Shown here piece by piece: positions 54,067 to 63,200 of a stretch of DNA of 64,000 nucleotides (position 1 is its first letter; each line of letters opens with the position of its first letter). The translations under genes were made by a program, and so were the position numbers. The notes under the pieces are model-generated. The model had not been told where the DNA came from, did no database searches, and saw nothing but the letters and a program-made list of their open reading frames with translations. Source of the DNA: Perkinsela sp. CCAP 1560/9 (Eukaryota; Protista; Euglenozoa: Kinetoplastea); contig CBFFSA010000005.1 of the NCBI GenBank assembly GCA_965644495.1, positions 248,001 to 312,000 on the forward strand, read 5' to 3'.

Positions 54067-55462
54067 GGGGAGGGGGGGCACTCGATGAATATTCATCGAA
54101 CGGACAGTGCGTTCGATGAATATTCATCGAACAGGACATCCTGTTCGATGAATGGATTGCAGTACGACCCGTTCGATGAATCATTCATCGAACAGGATGT
54201 CCTGTTCGATGAATGAAAACGCAATTTTTTTTTGTAAAAAAAAAGCTCGTTTCGGTCTGCATCATGCTCCTGGCTGCTACCTTGATCCGTAAGACAAAAA
54301 CAAATCCGAAACGTTATCAAAAAGCGGAAGGATTCTTAAAACTATTGCCTCATAAGTTTACAAAGATAAAATCATAACTTACAAATACACAAACCTCAGT
54401 GCGCGACCCAAAAAATATTGGGTTGGGGGTACGTTCGTTGTACTCAACGAACTGCCGGATTTTCGTTGAGTACTCAACGAACGGAAATTTACGGTGCAAG
54501 TCAAGGACTTTTGCATATGTCAAGGACTTTTGTGGAACACCTAAGAATTTTTTTTGAATTTCATTTTCCGTGCGTTCAGTATCCTACACTTCACTATATA
54601 CGTTGACAACGCCTGCGTAGCGAAAACTACGAAATTCAGTGAGCTTCGCAAATTGCTTCCCACTAACGACGCACAGGGGAATCCTACGCGGGGTACGGCT
54701 CAGGCCCGCTCACGCGGGCCCTCGCCGTTTCGCGGCCGCGCGCACCCCCGCTCACGCGGGGGCCCCCGCGCGGCCAAAATGGGTACTAAAATTTGTTATC
54801 AAGGTAGCTGGGCTTCGCAAATTGCTTCCCACGAATCTAGAGAGAAGCACACGTACAATAATCTTTAACGATAAAGATACAGTTTCTGTACCTTGTTGAT
54901 TATTTACTTTTTTTACCTTTCATGGGAGTGTTCACACGCTCCAAAGCAAAAGAATCAGGAGTAGCTCCTGAGATTTTGCCGCTCCCTCGTGCCCGATGGA
55001 AAAAGAAGGCCGTGATGCCAACTCATCCGCCCGCCGTGCTAATATCCACCACCTCCGCATGGAGCGCGCGGGTCGCCAAAAAATATAATTATGTCCCAGG
55101 GCTACGCTCACAGTTGGGCCTTGCTCGCAAAGGGGGGCTTTTGCCTCCAGAAGCGGGCTACGCTCACAGTTGGGCCTTGCTCGCAGACGGGGGCCTTGCT
55201 TGCACACTTGGGCTTCGCTGACAGTTGGGCCTTGCCTCCAGACATGTAAACGAGATGGTAATGTTCAAATTCCCCCCAAAAAAATCGAGACGAAAAATTC
55301 GTGCAGCAGTGCCCGTTGGATGAATGATTCATCGAACACACTGCCCGTTCGATGAATATTCATCGAACGGGACGCCTGGTCATCGAACGGGACGCCGTTC
55401 AATGAATATTCATCGAACGCACCGTGCGTTCGATGAATTTTCATCGAATGCCCCCCCTGGCC
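54067..55462. mobile_element. Non-autonomous foldback-type DNA element with ~150-bp palindromic-array TIRs (Merlin-like ends), 1396 bp
   Basis: GG..AGGGGGGGCA.TCGATGAA termini in inverted orientation; TIRs built of TTCGATGAATATTCATCGAA palindromes; 8-bp direct repeat ACTTAATT at 54059-54066 and 55463-55470. Confidence 0.85.
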
Positions 55463-55611
55463 ACTTAATTGTCCCTTTGTCGAAAAAGTAGTAAAAAATG
55501 AGTGGATGTTCAGAGTATTTGAACATGTGTTTCTATAAAACGCACAAGATTTGGAAAATTTGAACAAAATTTACTAGTTCAACAATTCTAATATGCAAAC
55601 GTTTATTCTCT

Positions 55612-56226
55612 ATGTTGCGTGAATTCACTTCGTTAGAGAACGAATTCAGAGAGTCTATCAACAAACTGCAAAAAGGTATTTGGAATTCAGAAATTTCATT
55701 GTCGTCTGTGAAAAACTCTTTCGATGGAATTCAATGCCTGGTCCAGGAAATGGCGGCAAAAATTGACCAAGTTCCTCCTCAGTACAGTCATCTAAGACTT
55801 CGTTTTGAAAGTTACCTGCGAGAACTAAACACACTCGAACAAGAGTTCAAGAGAAAACGTGTATTGGATCCAAGCAGCGATTCGCGTACGTTGTCCTTGC
55901 TTGGGGAAACAAAAATCATGGTGCATGATACTATTCTAAAACAAAATTCAATTATATCAGAGAGTGAGCGGCTTATCGCTGACTCGGAGGAAATGGGGGG
56001 ACAAATTTTACTTAATCTTGCTAAGCAGAAAGAATCTATGCGTAATGCGTCCGATGTAGCCCGAGATTCATATCAACAGACAACTAGGGCTCGAAGACTT
56101 CTTACGCAGATGGGTAATGCTCTCCGAAATCGGAACGTTCTTATATTGGTGATCATGCTTATTCTCGTGTTAGTCATACTGATACTGCTTTATCTGAAGG
56201 TTTTAAAGCCACTAATACGATCTTAG
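55612..56226 (+). CDS. VTI1: Qb-SNARE, VTI1-like
   Basis: Habc-like N-terminus, SNARE motif S.R...D.EE.G..IL..L..QKE...A.....T.RA.R.L..M, C-terminal TM. Confidence 0.8.
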   Translation: MLREFTSLENEFRESINKLQKGIWNSEISLSSVKNSFDGIQCLVQEMAAKIDQVPPQYSHLRLRFESYLRELNTLEQEFKRKRVLDPSSDSRTLSLLGETKIMVHDTILKQNSIISESERLIADSEEMGGQILLNLAKQKESMRNASDVARDSYQQTTRARRLLTQMGNALRNRNVLILVIMLILVLVILILLYLKVLKPLIRS

Positions 56227-56708
56227 CTCTGGTAAAATACACGTGGCATTATCTTGATATACAGGATATACAAGGCATTATCTTGATATACTGTATAGGA
56301 AGACACCTAATGCCCATATCGTTTGACTTCAAGAGCGTGACCTACGGTATTTAGTTACAAACTTCCTAAAGAATCGTGACTACCCTTTCAGGATGTGCAA
56401 TTTCTTCAGAACCCACGAGAGCTGGCATATCTGCTTGTTCGTTTTACGCAGTATATGATAATACTACGTGTATTTTCTACACTTTAAAGTTTAAACAAAA
56501 GTACATTGATAGTAAATTTTATTTAATTGCATACAAACTGCTTTGGGGAAATACTAGGGTTTTCGGGAAGTCATGATTTCAGACTTTTGATTGTCTCCGC
56601 TTTCGATGAGTTATTTCCCTATTGAATTTACACGAGGATGGCGTTGAAGTGTGAAAATAGTTATTCATTGATGCATGTCTTAAAATTGAGAACAAAACTT
56701 CGCGTTCA

Positions 56709-58439
56709 ATGACAAGCCTCTTACGTCGATTAAACTCTTTAGTACAAGAACGCAAAACAATGGAAGTGATGGTTGAAATGGAGCAGTGCTTACGTCAGAA
56801 TAAATCTTTTCTGCAAATCTGTAACGATAAATTTGAGCTACGGGATATCATAGGATTGTTTCTTCGCGTATGTACAGACCGTAGCGAAACAAATTTAGCC
56901 CAACGCGTTTTTCACAGCGCGCATCGTACCCATCAGGAACTGTGCAAAAATCCTAATAGCAATGCATGTTTTCCTCTAGTGAGTACAGCGATTTGTAATT
57001 TATATCTTACTTCCATTGCGCGTTCAAACGCAGAGCACCTACAATTTGAGGAGCTTCAACTTGTTAGAAAGATTATGGATGAGAATGGCCTTTTGCCTGA
57101 TTCACATACTTATCAGGCTCTTATGGAGATACATTACAGAACAGACATTGAAGTGACAGGTCTATGGAAGGAAATGAGACGACGTGACGTGTCTCCCACA
57201 GCCTATACGCTCCGAAATATCCTTACTCCCATTATCACATCGCATCCCGACCCTACATTTGCTATTGACGTTGTCAAAAGCATGACAAAGGTGAATGCTG
57301 CGGACTACAAAACCTTGCTGGAGGTTGCGGAAGGTTTAGCAGTCAATGATAATGCTTCCGCAGACGAGCTGATGTGGGTATTATTTGAATTGGAACAAGT
57401 ATGCGTATTGGAGAAAATTTTGTTGCGCGATGTTCTGCACAATTCAACGGTTTTAATGTCGTGCTTTATAAAGTGTGCACGCAAGGGGGACGTTTGGACG
57501 GCAGAACTTCTACTTGCTTTAATGGACCGACATTGTTATCCAAAGAGCCACGATATTCAAGGCCTTATGGTCTACTGCTATGCGGTTGCCAAACGGTATG
57601 CTGCCGCCCTCGACTTAGTCAACGAAATGGGGAATCGTGGCTTGCTAGAACACCATGAAGGGCGAAGAAAATTTAATATTGATTCCGTTCGCGTGACGAT
57701 GGACACGCACTATCTTATGATACTCGCCTCCGGTCTAGCGAGTAGTAGTCAGGAAGTCGACAAAGCGTTTTATCACCTCGAGAAAAAAAGAAACAGAGGA
57801 GAGAAGATTGCACTTCAAAGTTTGAATCTCATAGTACAAGCCTGTGCGAAACTTTATGACGAACAGCGCGCATTGGAGACTGTGGATGCCTTTTCAGGCT
57901 TTGAGCATAAACCAAATTTGCAAACTTACTATTTCTTGATTCAATGTTGTGGGGGAAAGAATAGAGCGCGGCATCAAAAGGCGGTATTTGAGTCAATGCC
58001 ACAGCACGGCGTCACTCCCACGATTCACATATACAAAATTCTTGTTCGGCAAGCCCTCGCGGCTGACAAAATGGATGAAGCACTAGAATATTTAGATTTA
58101 CTGGGTAATCCAGAATCACCTTCTGACAAGGAGAATCCCCAAGAAGACGAATCGATAATAAATGCAACATCAGCGAATTCTAAAACTACTTTGCAGAGGA
58201 AGGCTAGGCTTGATTTGGACATTGTTCACCAAGTCTTAGAAAAAGCAGCTTCCGTAGGAGATGCGGAACTTGTAAGTTTTTTAATAGAACGCGCTCACAA
58301 TGAATGGAAAGTTATTTTGGACTTTGCAAGGTTAAAGCAAATGTGTCAAGGGATGCGACACTTTGGATGCGATTTAAATCCTATCTTAGATAAAATTGCG
58401 CTTCACGAACCTAATCATTTGGTGATACCTCGTTCTTGA
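56709..58439 (+). CDS. Mitochondrial pentatricopeptide repeat (PPR) protein
   Basis: MTSLLRRL presequence; PPR-like repeats (M.ENGL.PD..TY..LM, M....V.PT..T, P.LQTY..LI.CC, M..HGV.PT...Y..LV). Confidence 0.82.
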   Translation: MTSLLRRLNSLVQERKTMEVMVEMEQCLRQNKSFLQICNDKFELRDIIGLFLRVCTDRSETNLAQRVFHSAHRTHQELCKNPNSNACFPLVSTAICNLYLTSIARSNAEHLQFEELQLVRKIMDENGLLPDSHTYQALMEIHYRTDIEVTGLWKEMRRRDVSPTAYTLRNILTPIITSHPDPTFAIDVVKSMTKVNAADYKTLLEVAEGLAVNDNASADELMWVLFELEQVCVLEKILLRDVLHNSTVLMSCFIKCARKGDVWTAELLLALMDRHCYPKSHDIQGLMVYCYAVAKRYAAALDLVNEMGNRGLLEHHEGRRKFNIDSVRVTMDTHYLMILASGLASSSQEVDKAFYHLEKKRNRGEKIALQSLNLIVQACAKLYDEQRALETVDAFSGFEHKPNLQTYYFLIQCCGGKNRARHQKAVFESMPQHGVTPTIHIYKILVRQALAADKMDEALEYLDLLGNPESPSDKENPQEDESIINATSANSKTTLQRKARLDLDIVHQVLEKAASVGDAELVSFLIERAHNEWKVILDFARLKQMCQGMRHFGCDLNPILDKIALHEPNHLVIPRS

Positions 58440-58444
58440 GAGGG

Positions 58445-59185
58445 TAAAATCAGTTGTTTTCTAAACAACTTTAACACAGCGCTTGGAAATCTTGATTACT
58501 TGAAGAAATTTCAATAATCTGCCGAGAATTTCTCTAGAGTGTGATTCAATATTCATTAAATAGTATCGCACGTGCTCCATTTTTATCAAATTATTTTCCT
58601 ATTATTAATAGGTGAATAGTCTGGCGAGTTGAAGGCCATTTTTTTAGAATATCACTCACGATTTTCAATGTACTCCTTGAAGGCACGGGCAGCGTGTGCC
58701 GTTGCCCCATCCTGTTGAAATATACGATTGGGGGGGAAGTACAAGATGTGTCATCTTGTAGAATAACCAAATATCTCCACCCTACCCCTATAGCACCCCA
58801 AACTTGGCATCTTGGTGCCCAGCGTGCTTTTTGACGCGGGCTGCTTTCTGACCGCGCCTTACCTACATTCTATTATCATTTGAGGGGCTGCGGGTGGTGA
58901 GGTTTTACCCAGGTTTCATCGAGGTTTCGCGACGTTTCACCCGCAGCCCCTCACCTGTATCTTCGTGTCTCATCCTCAAAAGAACTTTATCTCCCCTCTT
59001 GGGAGCCGATATGATACTTTGGGCATCTTTGAACTTGGAAGGCAATTTTTTGATAATTTGTTTCTGTTTTAAAATGAGCTAAAAGCAGCGGGAACGTACA
59101 GATCTCAGAATTTTGAACGAAAAAGTGGTATGGTTCCCTCTCTTGCGAAAAATAAAGGGATCACTTATTCGTGGGCGCGGGTTTA
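58445..59185 (-). mobile_element. Tc1-family element (copy 3), truncated, with decayed transposase
   Basis: One TIR (GGGATCACTTATTCGTGGGCGCGGGTTTA ending 59185) plus subterminal match to copy 2; minus-strand CQVWGAIGVGW, IFQQDGATAH, WP.NSPDYSPI. Confidence 0.78.
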
Positions 59186-59274
59186 TTAATTTACATTTAT
59201 ACATGTAGGTGCTAATTTATAGCCGCGTTAGTGCGTCGTTCTTTTTCTTATTTTACATAAAATAGATAGTTCAC

Positions 59275-59742
59275 ATGCTTCATTTTACCCGCATTCATTG
59301 GAAAAAGCCGGTTTTACGTACCAAATCTGACGGTCTTGTCTCGCAGCAACTAAAACGTCTGCTAAATAAGGAGCAATACGTCCCCCACAAAGTATGGGAC
59401 CCCTTGATTGAATACGAGCCGCGCAGACTTCGTTATTCTCACTGTAATCTGGATTCAACCGGGGCCGTTGTGCATGACCCACATATTGAGAAAACAACGT
59501 TCTTAGTCCCTGACTTGGATTACTACACCATTCCAGTTCCAGACCGATACAAGGACGCTTATTGGATCCGAGTGAGAGAAGCTCGCCGCGTCCAGCAAGA
59601 TCCTTACCATCTAGATGTGCAGAAAAAAATGTGGAATAAGTTAGATCGATCTTCAACTGACTTTCAGTATTTATCATGCCAGCCGAAATTTCAGTTTTCG
59701 GTTCAGCAAATTTTAGATCAGGCTTCCAAGGAACGGAGGTAA
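59275..59742 (+). CDS. Probable mitochondrial protein, mL41-like (tentative)
   Basis: MLHFTRIHWKK presequence-like start; G..V.D......FLVPDL resembles mL41. Confidence 0.5.
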   Translation: MLHFTRIHWKKPVLRTKSDGLVSQQLKRLLNKEQYVPHKVWDPLIEYEPRRLRYSHCNLDSTGAVVHDPHIEKTTFLVPDLDYYTIPVPDRYKDAYWIRVREARRVQQDPYHLDVQKKMWNKLDRSSTDFQYLSCQPKFQFSVQQILDQASKERR

Positions 59743-60197
59743 AGAACAAGGAATGCGTCCGTTTTAGGTCAGATTTTTTAGCAATTCGCACTTTATACCT
59801 ACGCATTACCTGCTGCTTCATAGCGTAGTTCGCGCTGCGATCATTACTTGGTAGCGCAGTTGTCCTCGTACTATCCTCCCCGGTGAAAGTCCGACATGGA
59901 AACTAGAAATGTTCCTTTTTGTCATTCAATTGGATTTTCTTAATCATTATTAATCGTAATTTAAGTTAAATTATTATTAACTACCTTACTAACTGCCACT
60001 ATGAATTTAACTGCGCGCTTCTTATTCATAAAAGATCATTATTTATTGACTCAATCTATCTCTTGAGATATTCAGTTCTGTTCTTGAGATATTCTTCATG
60101 TCTTGAGATATTTAAGAAATGTTTGCTTTGGAAATTTATCGACAGAGCAGTACGAATCATATTACCGTAAAACTTTCCATCAGCTGGATCTGATCTT

Positions 60198-62963
60198 ATG
60201 AGCACGAAACCAATTTCAGAAAACAGTGAGGAAGACACAGTTACGCCCAGTGAGGCGGTATCTGTTCCGACAGGAAACGATCACAACCAAGATACGGACT
60301 CCAGTTTTTTGCACCTTGTGAAACTTTATTTTTTGGACGACGTTGGCAATTGGCAGCCGGAAGGAGTGGGTACACTGACGTTGTCTGAGAATGGTCGACT
60401 GCTATCAGTACTCGATGGAGAAGTTGCATTGTTAGAAACCGACGTCACTCCAGATGACTCCTACCGATCATCAGAAGAAACCATTCTTATGTGGCATGAC
60501 AGCTCCCTGCAGCGAGAAGTAGCCCTGGCCTTTCAAAGCCGGGCTGCATGTCAGGAAACGCTGACTATTCTTGAATGTTTGCAAGTGGAAATAATGAACG
60601 AAACTTTGGGGGTGCAAGTTCCCGATTTCAATTCCGAAGAATACCACTCCTCCGATGCCGAAGGGGTTACGGAGAATTTCTCAGGTGAAGATGGGATTTC
60701 AACCTTTTATGATGTCAATAATAAGCTCAAACGAAGTCGAGATGAGCAAAACGATCCTGATTTAGATACAGGTGTCGTACAAAGGCGGAACTTTAGTAGC
60801 GCTTCGCAAGATGCAGTGGGTGTTCCAAGAGGTATTTTTGTCCCATCAAGGCAGAGAAATTTAAGTCTACGCGTGTTACAAGGTCCTTTGAAAACTGTTT
60901 TGGACTTGTATTTTGACGTACCAGGGGGAGCGAACATTGACGCTGCGCACATCAACCACACCGAGTTTTCACCGGCAGGAATCTACTTAAAATCAGTGGG
61001 TGATCCCGAGAAAAGTTCAGAAGTGTCTTCGCCTTCACTGGAAAATCGTGAGGAAACCTATCCGAATCAAAAATCAATGAGTGATGAACAGAAATTTACT
61101 GAATTACATTTTTCTCTTCTGGCGTTATACGAACACGATTGTTTATTGCCGCTTCTTGGAAATTACCCCATAGTATTAGAAAGCTTTTTGGCATTCTTCC
61201 CGTCCGATGCATCGCTTCAAAATTCAGAACAATCAACATTGCTAAAAGATATCGTGCACGTTACGCGTTTGGTATTATCACAAGTATGCGCTCGACCGAA
61301 TCATAACATATTTGTTTCACTATTAGGATCCTACGAGGCGATTAGGCGTCTCATTAGAATCCTAGAGTTTGATTCGGAGATAAATCCTCGAGGAATTACA
61401 CACGATTCAATAGTCTCGGGCACTATTGATACTATAAAGTCATCTGATATCCCTTGGAGTGAGGATCAACTTCGAAAAGTCAAGTACATCTATGCCCTGT
61501 CATACCTCAGAGAAAGTGTTGCACCGCGTTTAGTGGAAGACGAAAGTGTATCTGGAGGTGCGCTTCCTGCTCACTTAAACAAGATGCGACTTGAATGCTA
61601 CCGGCAAGTTTATCAAGACAAGACACTTATGCGTGCGCTTTGTAAAAAACTTACTCCATTTTCGTTGGGCGTTTTGTATGAGATTATGTCGCTTATGAAA
61701 ACAAATTTTTTCCAGCTTGCCGTTCGAGAAGAATATTTTGACACACTTTTGGCGAATCGAATACTTTATGGAACCACGTATGTTGTTTGTGCTTCCAGCA
61801 CTCGGCTCCGTGGGGCCGTCAGCGACCTCTGGTACCAATTGGCAGGGTTGCGTACGGAAAAAGTTCGTGAGTACCTTATAAGTGAGGAAGAGGTGGTTGC
61901 GAAGTTCCCACTCCTTCACATGATGTTAGATCGAGTGCTCCGTGAGGGTACAGAACCTATCGCTGTGCAATGGAGAGAAACATTTTATTTGCTTCTCTCT
62001 ATATCACCCGGCGCATATTCTACGTATCAGATACCATTTCGGGATATATTTCTCGCAGACTCTCACGGATTGTTGAAGAAATTGATGGAGGCTTCGCATG
62101 TTGCACATTCGCGTACTCAACTGAGTCTGCTTGCTTTCTGTATTAGAACACACTGGAATTTTATTGCACAAACTCTCTTTGCATCCAAAACACTTAATGA
62201 GATGGAAAATTATGTTGTCAACACAAAACAATCTATGGGTCTGCGGTTGGCGGCTGCGGATGTGTTGCGTGATACCTTCACAGCTTGTAGTCGAAGTGAT
62301 GTATCTTCACTGGAAGGCTACCTTATCTCTACTTTGGATCTTCTTGCAGAACGTCGAACAAATAATTTACTTCGCACTTCGTTGTTATCTATCTTTACAA
62401 CCTTGTATCAGAGACGATTTTGGGATACTTTGCTGGCTTTGCGAGACAAAAGCGATGTATTTGCACGTATACCTCCGCTGTTGTCACTCACCAGAGACAT
62501 TGAAGAGCAAAAGAAGGTGTCTCTAAAGTGTGATTCGTTGTCGCCATCAGATTCGGTTATATTGGACGATGCGTTTTCACCAGAATTTGACGTGGACGTA
62601 TGGGAAGAACAGTTTGCAAACCTTCAGGGTGTGGAAACGGAAACATTAGTAGAGCAAGCTCAAGACGAATATGATGAAAACATTGAACGCCTCGGATTGG
62701 ACAAGCCTGAGGATTCCACGGTTACAGATGAAACAATGGATCAAGAAGAAACTCAAGTGGGGTCTACGAAAACCTTTCCAAAGACTTCTTTAAAATGTGG
62801 ATCGCCCGCTCCTCGACTGAATATTTCCGTATTAAGTACCATAGCAAAGCTTTGTAAAAAACGTAGTTCAAGCACGGTGCCTCAAAGTGAGTCCAACGAG
62901 AATGTCGGTGGTTCTGTTGAGCAGGACAACTTTTTTGATTCCTTACAAGGTGAGTCCGATTAG
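60198..62963 (+). CDS. PPP4R3: Protein phosphatase 4 regulatory subunit 3 (PSY2/SMEK)
   Basis: EVH1/PH-like VKLYFL...G.W...G.G...Y....ETI..W.D.....ALAFQ....C; SMK-1 region ILEFD...Y...YLRE.V.PR. Confidence 0.8.
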   Translation: MSTKPISENSEEDTVTPSEAVSVPTGNDHNQDTDSSFLHLVKLYFLDDVGNWQPEGVGTLTLSENGRLLSVLDGEVALLETDVTPDDSYRSSEETILMWHDSSLQREVALAFQSRAACQETLTILECLQVEIMNETLGVQVPDFNSEEYHSSDAEGVTENFSGEDGISTFYDVNNKLKRSRDEQNDPDLDTGVVQRRNFSSASQDAVGVPRGIFVPSRQRNLSLRVLQGPLKTVLDLYFDVPGGANIDAAHINHTEFSPAGIYLKSVGDPEKSSEVSSPSLENREETYPNQKSMSDEQKFTELHFSLLALYEHDCLLPLLGNYPIVLESFLAFFPSDASLQNSEQSTLLKDIVHVTRLVLSQVCARPNHNIFVSLLGSYEAIRRLIRILEFDSEINPRGITHDSIVSGTIDTIKSSDIPWSEDQLRKVKYIYALSYLRESVAPRLVEDESVSGGALPAHLNKMRLECYRQVYQDKTLMRALCKKLTPFSLGVLYEIMSLMKTNFFQLAVREEYFDTLLANRILYGTTYVVCASSTRLRGAVSDLWYQLAGLRTEKVREYLISEEEVVAKFPLLHMMLDRVLREGTEPIAVQWRETFYLLLSISPGAYSTYQIPFRDIFLADSHGLLKKLMEASHVAHSRTQLSLLAFCIRTHWNFIAQTLFASKTLNEMENYVVNTKQSMGLRLAAADVLRDTFTACSRSDVSSLEGYLISTLDLLAERRTNNLLRTSLLSIFTTLYQRRFWDTLLALRDKSDVFARIPPLLSLTRDIEEQKKVSLKCDSLSPSDSVILDDAFSPEFDVDVWEEQFANLQGVETETLVEQAQDEYDENIERLGLDKPEDSTVTDETMDQEETQVGSTKTFPKTSLKCGSPAPRLNISVLSTIAKLCKKRSSSTVPQSESNENVGGSVEQDNFFDSLQGESD

Positions 62964-63200
62964 AATTGCCCACCTTCACAAGATAGTGTAGTTTAACAAT
63001 TCACTCCGTGCTTTTCGTGCGGCTGCAAAATGTGCACTACTGTATGATTTGTTGACAAGAGACGCAACTTAACAACTTGAATATTATCGATTTGTTTTCT
63101 TGCAGTACTTCTCTTTACTTTTCGACCCACAATTTGTCTTCCTTCATTCACACGATCTCCTCCCCTACATCTCCACAATGCCGCCCCCTTGACACCCCTC

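Noticed and set aside
54081-54215. Palindromic repeat array as a CRISPR locus
   Set aside because: Spacers are only about 10-20 bp and partly repeated, the array is mirrored at 55313-55448 as a TIR, there are no cas genes and the context is eukaryotic.
54061-55468. piggyBac/Kolobok classification from flanking TTAA
   Set aside because: The TTAA is part of a longer ACTTAATT direct repeat and there are no CCC piggyBac ends.
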